This document shows positions 23,946 through 38,600 of a stretch of 64,000 nucleotides of DNA, piece by piece. The notes beneath the pieces were generated by a model, which was not told where the DNA came from, searched no databases, and saw only the letters and a program-made list of their open reading frames with translations. The position numbers were made by a program, and so were the translations under genes. This stretch comes from Mizuhopecten yessoensis (lineage: Eukaryota). The stretch's first letter is position 1. Each line of letters starts with the position of its first letter. The DNA lies in the NCBI RefSeq assembly GCF_002113885.1, contig NW_018406512.1:143216-207215 (forward strand), written 5' to 3'.

Positions 23946-24148
23946 CCAGCTGGTGAGCTTCAGTTTCCTTGGTTACGGAAATACCTCCTATTTCTGGTTT
24001 AAAAATGGTAAATTATTCACAAAATTCCGACCAATTATCAATTATTAAAAATAAAATGACGTTCATTTTTATAATTAAAAAAATGTATTATAATGTCAGC
24101 AATGCATAAAACTCCTTTCAAATAAGGCCTTCCGGTTCGTTTGAATAA

Positions 24149-24361
24149 TACTGTTAAATCATAAATTTGCGTGGGACATTAAATTACGTTTATTTCGTGG
24201 ATAACAAAAATCCATGAAAACAAATCCCAACGAATACATAATTTTTTTTATGATATAGATAGGGGAAAATCAGAAATCAGCGAAATATAATGTCCTTTAA
24301 ACAGGCTAGTATATGCAATCCACGAAATTTTAACCCCACGAAAATAAATGATTCTACAGTA
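24149..24361. mobile_element. MITE (about 210 bp) with imperfect TIRs and TA target-site duplication (Tc1/mariner/pogo-type ends)
   Basis: Left TA|CTGTTAAATCATAAATTTGCGTGGGA matches the reverse complement of right CCCCACGAAAATAAATGATTCTACAG|TA. Internal TTCGTGG/CCACGAA sub-repeats. Confidence 0.8.
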
Positions 24362-27300
24362 CATATAAATATATGTATGAAAAATATATATTAATATATG
24401 GGAATGAAAATAAGGACAAAACGCAAGAATTTTTCCTGATTTGCTCATTTTTTCCGGCGATCAAGTTTGACATTGACAGAATGTGAATGTGATTTGTTAC
24501 CCAACCCTAGAAACTGCTTGAAGGTGTAGAATTACGGTGTTAGTTTCTGAGAGGTGTAGCATTTCGATGAACATGTCACCGTATTTGACTATGACAAATT
24601 GCGAGTTTTTACCGATATATCAGACCTCACATTAATTATACGAACGTGTTTTAATTAAAAAGTTGTCGTGTTTTTATCTGTTATTGTCAGTCTGGCCGAA
24701 AACAGGTCAGCCACGACCCCAGCTGTGTATTACTGAAGTCCTTCTCATTTATTACTGTCTACAAAACGCTGCACTTCAATGCTTTACCAATACCTAAACA
24801 AAACCTCATTTGTATTTAGAATAATCAAATAAATTTCATAGACATTGCATTCTTTGCTTGCTGAAAACTTTTACAGAAATGTAAAAGGTGTGGCCATCTT
24901 GTTTTGCAGATTTATGTATATCTCCAGTAAGAATTTATCACCCGTGCTTCTTGACATTACCATAGAGTCGATATGTTAATATAGAATTAAGCGTCAAATC
25001 TTGTATCGATATGTGTTCCAATGAAAGATGCCTAACATTTTAATGACTTCCATGGTTCCCAGACTAGGAAAATGATATACATCTTGACTAGAAGCACACA
25101 GAGACCCGTTGTGTATACTGTATGTATAGCCACGTGCCCTAACACGGAGTCTGTATATAAATACTCCACTATCAGACATACTTACGTTTATGTTAAAAAT
25201 TATCTAAACCGCAAATGGCCGCTGTTGTATATATCTGACCACAAACCGAACACTTACCAGGACTGGAGAGTTAAATAGACAATATTGATGCAGAGGTCAC
25301 GACCTTGGGTTTAGCGGTCGTATCTTTTTTATTTCATATCGAGGCTGTAAAATGGTATCCAGTAAAACGGCTATAATCGGGTACTTAGAAGGGATGATCC
25401 CGTGAGCGACCCTCACTAGCCTCGTAAAGGTTCCCCAGCACACTGAGGTCTGACATTTATCGATACTTTATCATTGCCATTTAACGTTAAGCTGTAAATG
25501 AAAAATCCGCCAGCAAATGCCAGAAATGTAAATTGTTATTATTGTACACTGTACCAGACACTGCTGCAGTAAGCACAATGGGAACTTATTTGATAAAACG
25601 CAACATTGGTTGAGGTTTTGACACCACGTAAAAAGACACGTATCTTTTTGACAATTTTTAGTTTGTGAAATTGATTACCTAGTATGATCTAGATAAAGCT
25701 GGATCTGAAAAGGTCCGGAATGGTCTATTGGTTACGGAAGTGACGTAAGACAAATACAGTTTCGCTATTAACCTGCTCGAATCTTTAACTTTAACGTCTG
25801 CTCATATGTTCATGTGTTTAAGCTGACTTAACTGTCCATGCTTCAACTGTTCGTCCGTACGGAATGTGTCTGATCGTCAATACCTAAACCGTCCGTCGGT
25901 CCGGAATTATGTATGCTCTGAACCCGAACATTGCATTCTTCCATGTATTTAGACAATGATGTTTTACCATTGGACTTCAGTTCCACTGTTGATCCTAAAT
26001 GGCCATTTGGTGCAATAAATTGTTTATTTTGCTTGCTCTCTGCATTTACAAACAATATTGTCAAAGATGCTTCCGTTCCTCGTGTATTTTATGTAACATG
26101 GCGGTTTATTGTGCTGGTGGACTATCAGTTCCCGAGGTTTGCTGTATACGTGGAGCTGGAATTGATTCTGTTATAGTTTACATGAAATAGTATTTCGAGA
26201 TCATTTTTATTATCTGTTGAATCCAAAAGTTGTAAAGTTGTGACCTTACAAAGGGCTTTATAGGCAGGCGCCTTTCCAGTTTCGCTAAAGTCTACGCACT
26301 TTACACATGCATTGTCAATCTATTGACTTTTATTGTCATTTAGTCCTTAATGGAGGAAATGGCTATATGGAACAGTAGATCATATTAATCCTCTTGATAC
26401 ATGTTTAGTAAATAGTCAATTGCGGTGGCGGCGGTGCTAACATTTGAGATTTCATCTATTTATTTACACATTCAATCCGTCCGTCTGTCCATCCATTTAC
26501 CGCTTTGTATCAGTCCATCCATCTTACCATCTGTTTGTCCTGTAATCTATTACTCATTATAATTGTATTTAAATTTTGTATGACACAAGTAAATGACTTG
26601 TGTGTATTTCTGACTTGTAGCTTCCGTAGCGTCGTAAACAGATCGATACATTCGTTACAAGCGCTGTGGTTGAAGATTTACATAAACCCGCCCAGGATGT
26701 CGTGAGACAAGCTGCTTCGTGCACAATTGGGAAAACATCCGGAAACATTGCCTACCAAACTGCTTTATCAAATTTACTCTTGTGAAAATCTGCTGTTAGT
26801 CTCCTTACAGACAGTATAAAGTCGTTGACATGCACACACGCGCATTGTCGATGCATAGTGTGTGTTAATACAAGCTTTATTGTAACTCTGCGTGTATTGT
26901 AACAGCATAAACCACGTCCGGACGACGTATCAGGAATAACAGCAGTGCTCCGGAATTGATTTTGAGAAAACTCTTACGTTGAACAGTGTCATGAATTACG
27001 CATTGTGTATAATAAACGAGAGAAATGTTTCTCAATTACCGGCTCATGTATGGTGTACGCCGTTTCAAGAAAAGACATTTATTTGTGTTATCGAATTTTA
27101 TAAATTACTTTCTAGTTTAAGGTATACTCTAGATTTTCAATTCCAGAACGAACCTACTTTAAAAGCTTAAAACACTCCACCAGTATACAAAAGGAGAGAG
27201 AGTGCACCCTGGTGGATTACTTATAAGGCAATGAAACAAAGATCGCTGCCCCCTTTTTATGTACAAACTTACAAAGCTGGGCTTATATGACTACTCTATG

Positions 27301-29969
27301 TGCACGGTAAACGTATTATACAACTCGCTAACTCTACAACCCAATGAGAATATTCAATTATAATAGAAAAAACGACAACGTGTATTTATGTCTTCCGGAA
27401 AACGAAGTAGGAACTGGAGTAATTATGTTAGCATGTGGAACGCCAGAGTCAGGCTGTTAATTAAAATTTAATCTCAATGAAATTGAATTGAATTACCATG
27501 AGCATGTTCGGAAACCTAGGAACTTTACCTCATGTCTAATCCATCATCGTAAGGCTTCACTTTATTATGAAATCCAATGGGATTTTCCCCCTTTTTTCGG
27601 TTTATATTTTTTAAAAAGTGAAACTACATGTATTTGTTTTCTTACTTTTTATACTAATTAATTGGATTGGATATCGATTGTGTTTCCTGTTATCTGTGCC
27701 TCTTTGATTTTGGTTTTGCATTACATGTATGCATATGTAAAACAAAGGGTCTGCATTGGGTTGTTATCAAACACATTTATGGTCAATGTATGTGCTGGTT
27801 ATTTGATTAAACAAACAAACCTTCGTGTTGATAAAGAACCCAAGTCTTCCCGACAGTAATGTTGCTTCACTATTCTTGTTGGAGGAGTTACGATCATATA
27901 CTTTACATAGACGTTGTATTTGTCAATGTGACGCTTGGCAGTTCGCATCAAATAACACAGTAAATAGCTTTGAATGAAACTCTCGCGTGATCAAGATTGT
28001 TCGAGTGATGTTCCTTCGATTCATTAATCATACACACAATCCTCAGTGATTGTAAGTCTCATCCATCTCCCAAGCTCTCGCTCTCTTGTACGCACAATAA
28101 TAATTTGTCTTCGTACTTTTGTTTATACCGCCAGCACTTTCAGAATATTTGTTTCTGAAACTCTGCTGTTGCAGGCTCATAAAGGAAGTCGAAAAGTACG
28201 GGTACATGGACATAAGTGGTAAACTGTAGTCTATAAATGAAGCGACACAGAGTTGTCTTTATCTTAGAATAATCGACCAGATAATCGTACGTAAACTTCT
28301 AATGACAAATCCATCATACAGTTAGTTTGTCCACTACAGTTTCCTTCTGATATAACCTATTTCATCGTTTGTTCTGTTACCTAACCTGTGCCGCTTTTGT
28401 TTAGACCGTTTGGATCAGAATTGTTCGTTTATAGAATTAGGTCGTACCTAGTAATCTGGTGCTGCTTTCAAGCGAGCCTTGACTAAGCCTTGCAAGGCGT
28501 GCAAAAGACATTTTCAGGTCCGCCAGTATTTATACCCGGAAATGTCACACAATAGAGAAACAGGTAGTTCAGCATAAACGAACAGGTCCCAGGTGTACGT
28601 TGTGTATGGAGTTCTGCTATCGTGCATGCGTAATATTTTTATTATAAATAATCCAATGGATGTTTCTTGTCATTGATTGTTGAGCGATATCGATGTCCAC
28701 AATTCGATTGTCCGTTGGACTGAACTAAATGCTTCCTGTGTGTGAGGAGACACATTGACGAGGGACATTTTGTACGGTACGTCAGTGGTTCTTAACTCGC
28801 ACTGTCAGCTTTTAACAATGTTCCTGCGGCACGGCTTTCTCTGATCGTCCTTCTGTATAACACTACAATGAAACCGATGCAGAAATAACTGAAACCCAAA
28901 TTATTACGTTTGAGAATTTTAATTTTAGATGACTTTAAATCAGTGAAATTGAACAACTATATATACGAATACACGGATTCCAAACGACAAAAACATGACA
29001 AGAATAAGACGTTTTAAGATTCCCAGAGGGATAATGATTTTAAGCCTATCATTTAACGACACAACACTCGGGAAACTTTGAGACCATAACCTCGTTTACT
29101 GCTTTGTTATATGTACGAGGTGTAATATTGCTGAGTTGTGAGATTAAAAAGTGTCAAGTATTTCACTGAAATGGTCTTACCATAAGCATGAAGTATTTTA
29201 CAGCTTTTCACAAGAATCCTGTGGATCAATGCTGCGAGGCTGCTTCGTCTGTGACAGGCATCATTACAACTTTAATGATACAAAAATAGCTCGTGCCCTA
29301 CCATGACACCAACAAGTCGATTACCATAATATATATTTGTTACATTCGTTTTGGTATGCAATGACTTCAGTGTCCAAATTTGAATCCATACGGTGTTGTT
29401 CTACGCTTGCGCGACTTGTGTGATCGGTACACACATTGTGTTTTTCCCGACTAGCATTATAACGTCATTCTTGGACTCGACCACCTGCCTTTTACAGCCA
29501 AAACCGATCAGTCTCGACAATAACATACACTTTATTGTCTAGCTGACATATGCCGCAATACCAATGATGATATTACTATCTATATATGTATATATACCAG
29601 TGATCAAGTCAGCCTCGTCATCGATCACCTGAAGGGAGGCAGCCTCGTTATCGATCATGTGTAGAGACTTGCAAGCTATGGCGGATTTCTATTGAAGCGA
29701 TGATGTCTTCATTATAAAACGTCTAAACAAGATTAGATTTTGTTTAATTCAGCATTGCTTGGAGACTATCAACCTTTCTCGGCAAAGTGTTATAAATTAC
29801 TCAGAGTAAGCCATGCTATTCAATACCAGTATATTTGAATTGGAATCTAATATAAAGAAATGTTTATATGTCTACTTCAGGAAACTCTTACCATAGCCTA
29901 AAGGCAGACACCAGTTTATCTCATACATACCAAAGAGAGACAAGAAACCAACCACATCCATGTGGTGTC

Positions 29970-30130
29970 AAAAACACAGAAATACAACAAACATGTCGGT
30001 GACCCTGAGAAAAAACACAGAAATACAACAGACATGTCGGTGACCCTGAGAAAAACACAGAAATACAACAAACATGTCGGTGACCTTGAGAAAAACACAG
30101 AAATACAACAAACATGTCGATGACCCTGAG
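29970..30130. repeat. Tandem repeat, 40/41-bp unit x4
   Basis: AAAAACACAGAAATACAACAAACATGTCGGTGACCCTGAG repeated. Confidence 0.96.
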
Positions 30131-30789
30131 CTACAGTATTGACACTTATTTTATGGCTATTATAGAAAATGAGTATCTACACATTGGGGAGTTTTATTCC
30201 AGCATCCATTAACAAAATATACATTGCTGCCATTCCCAACTTTTTTTGTAATTAAAAGTTTCATGCCCACCGCCGTCGTCGTGACAAATAAAGACAAGTG
30301 ACTTTAATCAGCTATCATATGTAATACCTATGAATATAATTTTGATTGGAAAGTTCAACGTTTTATTCATAGAAGGAAAAATAAATGAAATGTAGAAAAT
30401 CGACTTGAGAATTGACGTAGTGGATTAAAATGTATAATCTGTTTGGCTCGTTTTGGTACAGCTAGGAGTGGCTAATTGTTTCCTCGACTTTATCAGTAAG
30501 ATAAAAGATGAGGATGTGATAATTAAGTCAGGGGGAGGTAACTCATGGTCTAATATCTTATCTGACGGGTCCGCACACTTCCTGTTTGTAAAGCTGATGT
30601 CGTCCTAAATGTGAAATACTTTAAATCTAATTTTTTGTTTACAGTATTTACAGTTTTTATTTAAATCCTTAAATGCTGTATTCATGAAACCGTTCTCATG
30701 CTCAAACTCATATTTTGTGCTCACTGAGATCGAACTTCTTTAGTTTTACTGACGAGTTTAGTTAAATTAAAAAAACCACACAGAATATA

Positions 30790-31493
30790 TAAGTCGTGCA
30801 GCGGTGTCCGTCGTCCGTCCGTCTTCATCCGTTGCTTGAAATCAGTCGTCTGTCTTATCAACGATTTTATTTCAAACTGGCATTGTTGTAGATCATCCCA
30901 ACGTAAAGTATAAAACAGGGTCAAGGGAACTCAATGATCCCGGCCCAATGGGTACGGACGAAAAGTGTGACTCCGATGGGGACGGAGATGTGGGGCCAAA
31001 TAGGGGGAATATTCGTACGTTAAAAAAAACTACTCCTTTAGAGCGAGTAACCAGGGTTTCACCTAATTTTGTTTGAAAGACTACTCTTTCAGTAAGATTG
31101 AAGGGATTTTAACATATAAGGTATTAATTAAAAAATATCTGGGACTCGTCAGTTCAATGTCGTATAAAGGAAGGATGTCGCCCGCTGGACGGCCTCAAAA
31201 GGGGAAATAGAGTCAAAAGACTATTCCTTAAGTATCGCTAAAACGATCTTCATCTTATTTGATATTAAGGATCCCTGGGCCAAAGGGCTCATCATTAAAG
31301 TTGAATAAATGATGAGCGTGGCCGCCTGGGAGCAGAGGAGATGGCCCAGTAGAGGAATTAGGAGTAAATCATTTAAGACTTTAATAACTAACGTTTTGCC
31401 TGTTCTTGTGGTTTTATATCGTTCACTTGAGATCCATGTAACACATTCGACACCGTAAGAATATGTCAGCTTTTCAGGCCCTGCACCTCTTGT
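30790..31493 (+). mobile_element. Decayed Helentron-associated non-autonomous element (HINE/pearl-like); 5' boundary uncertain
   Basis: GTCCGTCGTCCGTCCGTC microsatellite near 30805, then three diverged internal modules (GGGGCCAAATAGGGG / GGCCTCAAAAGGGGAAATAG / GGCCCAGTAGAGGAATTAG), and a 3' end TCAGGCCCTGCACCTCTTGT resembling the hairpin+CTTGT terminus. Confidence 0.55.
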
Positions 31494-32989
31494 CTATAAA
31501 GTAGTTCATTAACGAGGCATCATATCTACAGGGAATTACGACCATAAAGATTGTTTTAACTTGTCCAATATGCCTAATTGTTTAACCATATAACGAATAA
31601 ACACCGATCAAGTTGAAAGATAGATCACATGCAGACCAATCAGTCTAATGCCAGAGACTCGTGTCGCGACGCGTCGTCCGTCCACGTCGGGGTGGTGAGG
31701 CGAGGTGTGCGGTTCGATTCCCCCGCGGCCCTTATCTCTACCTCTAACAACGATGACTGACAGCTACACGATTAAGCGAGATGCTGTCACGGAATCCAAA
31801 CCCATTCCTATCCCCAATCACGTGACAAAGCCAGCCCCAGGGGCTCCCCATCGGCTTCTATCGATTTTTTTTGGCACACAAAGACGTGCCAGTCCTGAAA
31901 TGAGCGTTCAACCGTTTTTGAGTTCAGTTTCAGCAAAAGCTAGCGATATAAGAGGCATTAATATTTCCCCCGGAATACCCCAGGGCATCACTCTAATTGA
32001 TTTGTGTGTAGAATCTTTAAATCCACAATAAATGATTTAGCGCAAAATCTGATACTGGTGTTATAGCGGTTTTTTATGTGCACAATCTCGTAAATATATC
32101 ACGGCGAATACACGACACTTCAAATGTACAGGTGATGTGAAGTTCAACTCGATCTTAGATATGATGTACTTATCTCGACGATACAAGAAGGATCCTTACC
32201 TGGAATATAAGGAATGTAAATCATTTCGTCATTCAACTTGATTAAGGAATCCTTTTCCCCGCTTCCCAATCCCAATCTCCGTCATTTCGAAGCTTGACTT
32301 TATGTGTATTTTGTCATTTCTCATTGGTGGAAATTGGGCGAAATTATGACACATACACAAATATAATTTTTCACTGCTAATATAAATTTAGTTTTTCTAG
32401 CGATATTCGTCACTTATACAGTTGAAGTACACATGGTTATTTATCGTTATAAACTGAGCATCAATGTGTGAAATCACAAGTATTCCTGGTGTGTACGACG
32501 AAAACGACTGTATATTGATTATCATCATACTCCTGAAACAAACATTATCCGTGACGAAAGGCGTGTGACGTTTGTTGTTTGCAGCCTCTCATATTTACAA
32601 ATTTCGATCTAAATAGGGAGAGTGGAAAGGCTTGGTTTATTCCAGAGTTCGTTAAGTATAGTTGCGGCTTTTAGTACATCACATCATTACATAACCCATA
32701 TCAGCACCTTCACGTATAGTTAACGGGAAACTCTGGGAAAACCTATTTTCTAAACATCGATAAAACAAAATGTTCAGAGAAGATAAACAATTATTGTTTG
32801 TATATGTAGTTTAAATCGATTCTATGTAATAGAGTCAGGGAGACAGTCTATCTGGAAACGTAGCGAGAAACCGGAGATTTAATTATCTGATATTGATAGC
32901 ACATTATTTACACACTAACACGCGGTATGATGTATACTGTTAAAAATATATATTCACAAGGATATACCCTCTACATGTATAATGATAAG

Positions 32990-34100
32990 CTATTTATAGG
33001 TTACCTTACATATATTACCTTATATAGATTACCTTAAATAGGTTATCTGTATATATAATACTATATATAGATTATCTTAAATAGGTTATCTGTATATATA
33101 TTACTATATATAGATTATATGTATGTAGATTAGCTTTATAAAAATGATGTATATATATATGTAAATAGAATATCTGAATGTAGATTATGTGCATGCATGT
33201 TACCTGTATATAGTTTATGCGGATTATGTCTTAAATATGTTACCTTATGGAGATTACCTGTAGGTGGATTTGGTTTATATGGATTATCTGTTTAATAAAT
33301 TACAATGTACCTAATGAAGATTACTTGTATTTGGATTATCTTTATATGGATTATCTGTTTATGGAGAAAACCTGCATGTGGATTACCTGTATGTGGATTA
33401 CCTGTATGTGGATTACCTGTATTTAGATTAATTGTATTTAGATTAACTGTATTTAGATTAATTGTATTTAGATTACTTATATATATATTTCCTGTATTAA
33501 GATTACCTGTATTTATATTAACTATATGTAGAATACCTTTATGTAGTTTACCTATATGTAGATTACATCTATGTAGAATACCTATATGTAGATAACCTGT
33601 ATTAAGATTACCTGTATCTAGATTAACTATATGTAGATTACCTGTATTAAGATTACCTGTATTTAGATTAACTATATGTAGATTACCTGTATTCAGATTA
33701 CCTATATGTAGAATACCTATATGTAGATTACCTGTATTTAGAATAACTATATGTAGATTACCTGTATTTAGATTACCTGTATTTAGATTAACTATATGTA
33801 GATTACATGTATTTAGATTAACTATATGTAGATTACCTGTATTTAGATTAACTATATGTAGATAACCTGTATTTAGATTACCTGTATTTAGATTAACTAT
33901 ATGTAGATTACCTGTATTTAGATTACCTATATGTAAATTACGTATAGGCGGTTCATTTTGATAATAACAATACCTGTACATGTATATAAGAGTTTATTAT
34001 ATAGATTGCCTTATATAGATAACCTGCCAATATATTACCTACATATACATTACCTTATATATATTATCTGTATATGTAAACTACCTGCTGGTAGACTAGC
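32990..34100. repeat. AT-rich 15-bp satellite (TAGATTACCTGTATT / TAGATTAACTATATG); core 33360-33940 with degenerate flanks
   Basis: Two alternating 15-bp variants. They explain the NLNTG/NLHIV periodicity of ORF 33292..33981. Confidence 0.95.
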
Positions 34101-35127
34101 TTTATTTATTACATGACTACCGTTATATATTGACTGAAGCCTCATGAAACCTTATTTTGATAGTAATCTATAGCTAATAACGTACAATATTACATACATG
34201 AATCATGTTTATGTAATCCAGAAAAAAACTTTATTTCAGACATTTTGGTAGAACAGAAATACCCGGATTTACCAGGTTATACTGTTTTCCTGTTAATAAA
34301 TACAGAATACAGAAAAAATGGTATACCAATTTTTGTAAGACCCAACCTTCTTGGTAACTTGCTTGGTATGCGCTACCCTTACTCCGCTTGTTCATGCTAA
34401 ATCTACATCTTTACCCGTTTTATTTAGAAAAAATATTGATTGACGTCATAATTAGCGCATCCTTGTTGATCAGTTTTTAACGCTGCCGTCCGTTTGACGA
34501 TAGCTTGTTTCTCATTACCTCCCTTGTGAAGTATTACTTGCAGTAAACCCTGACAAGACGCCGCGATAGGCCCGGATTAACGGATCTGTTTCGGAGCATA
34601 CGCACGGTATTTGAAGTTTCTAGCCTCTATTGCAGTCGAATGTCGTATGTCTGCTGATACACGGTAATTTGTAATGTTGGAGAAATAGCGTAGATACTGT
34701 ATACCTGATGATAGTTATTGATAGCGGGATATACCGACTTAATGTAAGGTGTCAAGTAGAATGTGCACGCGGATAGGAAGATGAAAGCTGTATCGAGAAA
34801 CACGAGATCTCTGAGACAGATAATGTTCACTAAAGGAGCAGTCAGGCATGTGTAAGGATGTATACGCATAGCAAGGTTTTTATGAAAGTTAAACTCTGAA
34901 ATAATATATGTATGCTTGTGATATGTCTGCTGCAACAGCAGGTAGCGTGTAGACAGTGCTTTTACCTATCATCGTTATTTAGTAAGGGAGCATGCTAAGC
35001 AGTTGCATGTTCAACATTCCATACGTTCATACAGATACTGTTTATACGTTAATTTTGATAGCAAACGCATTTTTCTTATTTTCCCCCAGACTTTTCTGTA
35101 ACTACAGTTTACTACGAAAATAAAAGA

Positions 35128-35299
35128 CCAGTAACCCTCCGCTGGGTCACGGGTTCAGGGCCTACGTTTGGCAGACGCCAGGTACCGCCGCGGGTTTTTC
35201 TCTGGGTGCTCCGGTTTTCCTCCACCACCTGAACTTGATACGTAGTTAAATGACCACAGCTGTTAAAAGGACGTAAAACAGAAACAAACTAAACCAAAC
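35128..35299 (+). mobile_element. 5'-truncated tRNA-derived SINE with V/Meta-type central box
   Basis: Degenerate B-box (GGGTTCAGGGCC), central GGTTTTTCTCTGGGTGCTCCGGTTTTCCTCCACC, and 3' GCTGTTAAAAGGACGTAAAAC with an AAAC-rich tail. Confidence 0.82.
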
Positions 35300-36109
35300 G
35301 AAAAGAATCACTTATATTTCTCACTTATATTGCAACGTTAAAGCATTAAAAGAGATGATGATGTAAATGAAGTATCACATCTGATTAAAATAGCAAGGAA
35401 CACTCCTCTCATCAGATGACGATGTTGAAGAACGTACCAGAAGAATTGAGTTGAAAAATTGAGTCGACAAGCCCTCCATCTCTATTTGCTGAGAGTTTAT
35501 ATAATTCATGTGACAAGTCACGTGATGTATACAAGAACATTTTGGAGACAATAAATCATAGTAATGTTGCTTATTGTGCAGAAATTCAATGACTGTGATT
35601 TGCGTGAGTAAAACACGTGCTATTCGATCATTGTCAAAAGATCCGAAGCCTACCTATTCACGTAGGCTATAGAGAATATTGTGTGGGGGATTTATACCAC
35701 AGAAGTGTCCATTTTGTTTTTATATTGTGCAAATCAGCAGTTCTCATGTTTAAATAGATGCGTTTCAAGTCGGCGTTCCGTTAGCTGATTTTTTTTTATT
35801 GAAAGTTGTTATGAAAGTCATATCAGATTTATGAATCTGTTCACGCACATATCGTGTATGAGTACAAATTGGCGTGTCTGTAGCAGCATGTGTATCGGCC
35901 GTGTATTGTCAGACTCCCGGTGATACCGAGGTAACACCTGTCCACACACTCATTTGCACCAATACAAACCCTTATCGCTCGTAACACATCACTCGTACAA
36001 AGCACGTGCACATGGTAGGTAACAGATTGTATAGAAGTACGCTGATAGGTACACAACAAACTAAGAAGCAGTGACAGCATAAGATTTTGTCAAACTGGAC
36101 ATCAATTGA

Positions 36110-36134
36110 CCCCCCCACCCCCACGCCCACCCCC
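36110..36134 (-). other. Canonical G-quadruplex-forming sequence
   Basis: Minus strand G5-T-G3-CGT-G5-T-G7. Confidence 0.6.
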
Positions 36135-37539
36135 ACGCATACTCAACGTTAACCTGTCGCGTTCTTCACAGTATATATTAAAGAGAATGCAGCCAACACC
36201 TTTAGGCAACGAACTTATGGCAGCGACTCGGGGGTTTAACAATACTATACTATTGTTTGGTATAGTCATTGGGGCAGGTAGCTCCATTCTTAGCGTTTGG
36301 TATAGTAATTAACAACGCCGTGATAAGCTAATGATGAGTTTCGCTTAACCTGGGACATGATAACCTAGGGATTATTTTCATTATTTAGAACAGAATACGT
36401 TCCTCACTGACGGGCTAATGTTACTAGTTAGAATTCCATTAACATACCTCATCACAACATCTGCTAATTTAAGACACAAATGTTTACCATTTTTTTTTCT
36501 GGGCGATACTTGGTTGATTTAACGTTCCGCCATGACGGTCCCGCCGACGTTGTAGGATTGTTGTGTTCATGACGAAGTAGTTTGGATAATCATTGAATAA
36601 CTACCTCGGGGACAATTACACAACAATAATTGCAGTCGTGAACAAGTCTATAATATCGCCGCATCATAACGCGCAGTGGGTACACCCTAACTTACGTAAC
36701 CATTACACACCGTGATATTACTAGTATACACTTTTCGGTACGATCAAGCGTATGTACATGTACTACAATTCAGATAATAACCCCGACACAGTTTTAGTGG
36801 TGACTCCATACAACCACAGATCTAGTCTTATTATAATTCTGTGAGATATGAACGTAAGGGAATGGTTTCCTCGAGATGTTAAACGATCACCCAGAGTCAG
36901 AGAGTCGGGCTATGCACGCGTAAGCCGACAAAGCGGTTGGTATCTCCTGATTGGACAGATGTAACACCTCGCGCACCTGCCCAATGGTACCGGAAAGCTG
37001 ATCAGTGTCGCAATCTCCACCTCGTAGTCCCAATCTCGATATCGCCCGAATAGCGTGAGTACTTGGTACTCGGTTGAACAAAACATCAATGAGATTTCCA
37101 TCTACGCCGCTAATTAATCCAGAACCGCGAAATCCTTTATCACAAACAACATATCGAGGTACAAATTGTCAGTACGAAAAAACTCAAGAGATCGGATTAA
37201 AAAATAGACATGATTTCAGCCATAACATGTCCTAGAGGTGTGAGGAGCACAACACGGTGTGGGGGAGTGCAAACTGCTCAGCCGATACCTACCTAACACG
37301 TGACACAAACAGTAAGAGAGCCGTTGATGATATGAAATGGATCGATGTTCTGATAATCTTTACAAAAACGCTACATTTTTGGCGAAATTCCATTTGTTTT
37401 CTTTTATTCCGTTGTTGCTATTTCGAAGATTCATGTGTGTGTTCTGGCCTTTCTACTTTGTAGATATATGTCGGGGCGGATGTTGGGGCGTAAATCATTA
37501 AAGGTCCCCTTTATATGGACCTAGATAGTTAGACCGCTC

Positions 37540-38136
37540 CCTGTTGTATCTAAGGCCCTTTTCTGACTTGGAGCTGCCTGTTGTATCTAAGGCCCTTTTC
37601 TGACTTGGAGCTGCCTGTTGTATCTAAGGCCCTTTTCTGACTTGGAGCTGCCTGTTGTATCTAAGGCCCTTTTCTGACTTGGAGCTGCCTGTTGTATCTA
37701 AGGCCCTTTTCTGACTTGGAGCTGCCTGTTGTATCTAAGGCCCTTTTCTGACTTGGAGCTGCCTGTTGTATCTAAGGCCCTTTTCTGACTTGGAGCTGCC
37801 TGTTGTATCTAAGGCCCTTTTCTGACTTGGAGCTGCCTGTTGTATCTAAGGCCCTTTTCTGACTTGGAGCTGCCTGTTGTATCTAAGGCCCTTTTCTGAC
37901 TTGGAGCTGCCTGTTGTATCTAAGGCCCTTTTCTGACTTGGAGCTGCCTGTTGTATCTAAGGCCCTTTTCTGACTTGGAGCTGCCTGTTGTATCTAAGGC
38001 CCTTTTCTGACTTGGAGCTGCCTGTTGTATCTAAGGCCCTTTTCTGACTTGGAGCTGCCTGTTGTATCTAAGGCCCTTTTCTGACTTGGAGCTGCCTGTT
38101 GTATCTAAGGCCCTTTTCTGACTTGGAGCTGCCTGT
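37540..38136. repeat. Homogeneous minisatellite, 37-bp unit x16
   Basis: CTGTTGTATCTAAGGCCCTTTTCTGACTTGGAGCTGC; I see no variant units. Confidence 0.98.
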
Positions 38137-38600
38137 CCATTTACTAAAACCAAGAGTTACCAAAGAATACATATATATTTATTCTTCTCCACAAAAAAAC
38201 AGCGTCACCACGGCCATTCGATCCCTGATTTATCCTCTAAGATATCAATCAGGCCATTAGTTATGTCAATACGTTGCCGCAACCTTACTGGCAATAAATC
38301 TGAAACGCTCAAATTCACTAAAAAGGCCTGCAACCTATAATTGTCTGTGTAAGACGACTACACAACGAATACCATCTTTAACAGTGAAAAACTTTTCAAA
38401 GTTTCAATACAGTAGAAAAGCGGTGGAAATTTCTTTTTACAGAATTTCTATTCGGAACAATATGACCTTATCAATCACATGAGAAATAACATGCATATTG
38501 ATTGATTAATTACTTAGCGAAAACATCACAAATGTTGATAAATAAGCTGAAAATATAAAAACCGCGAAATGTAATTGATTCACACCATACAGTAAAAATT

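Noticed and set aside
25790-26030. Second Helentron/HINE remnant (CGTCCGT motifs, GGCCATTTGG end)
   Set aside because: Terminal signals too degraded to define an element.
31705-32031. 108-aa ORF as a gene
   Set aside because: Starts at GTG, no domain similarity, isolated.
33292-33981. 229-aa ORF as a pentapeptide-repeat protein gene
   Set aside because: Derived from a 15-bp satellite that continues degenerately beyond the ORF; no unique domain.
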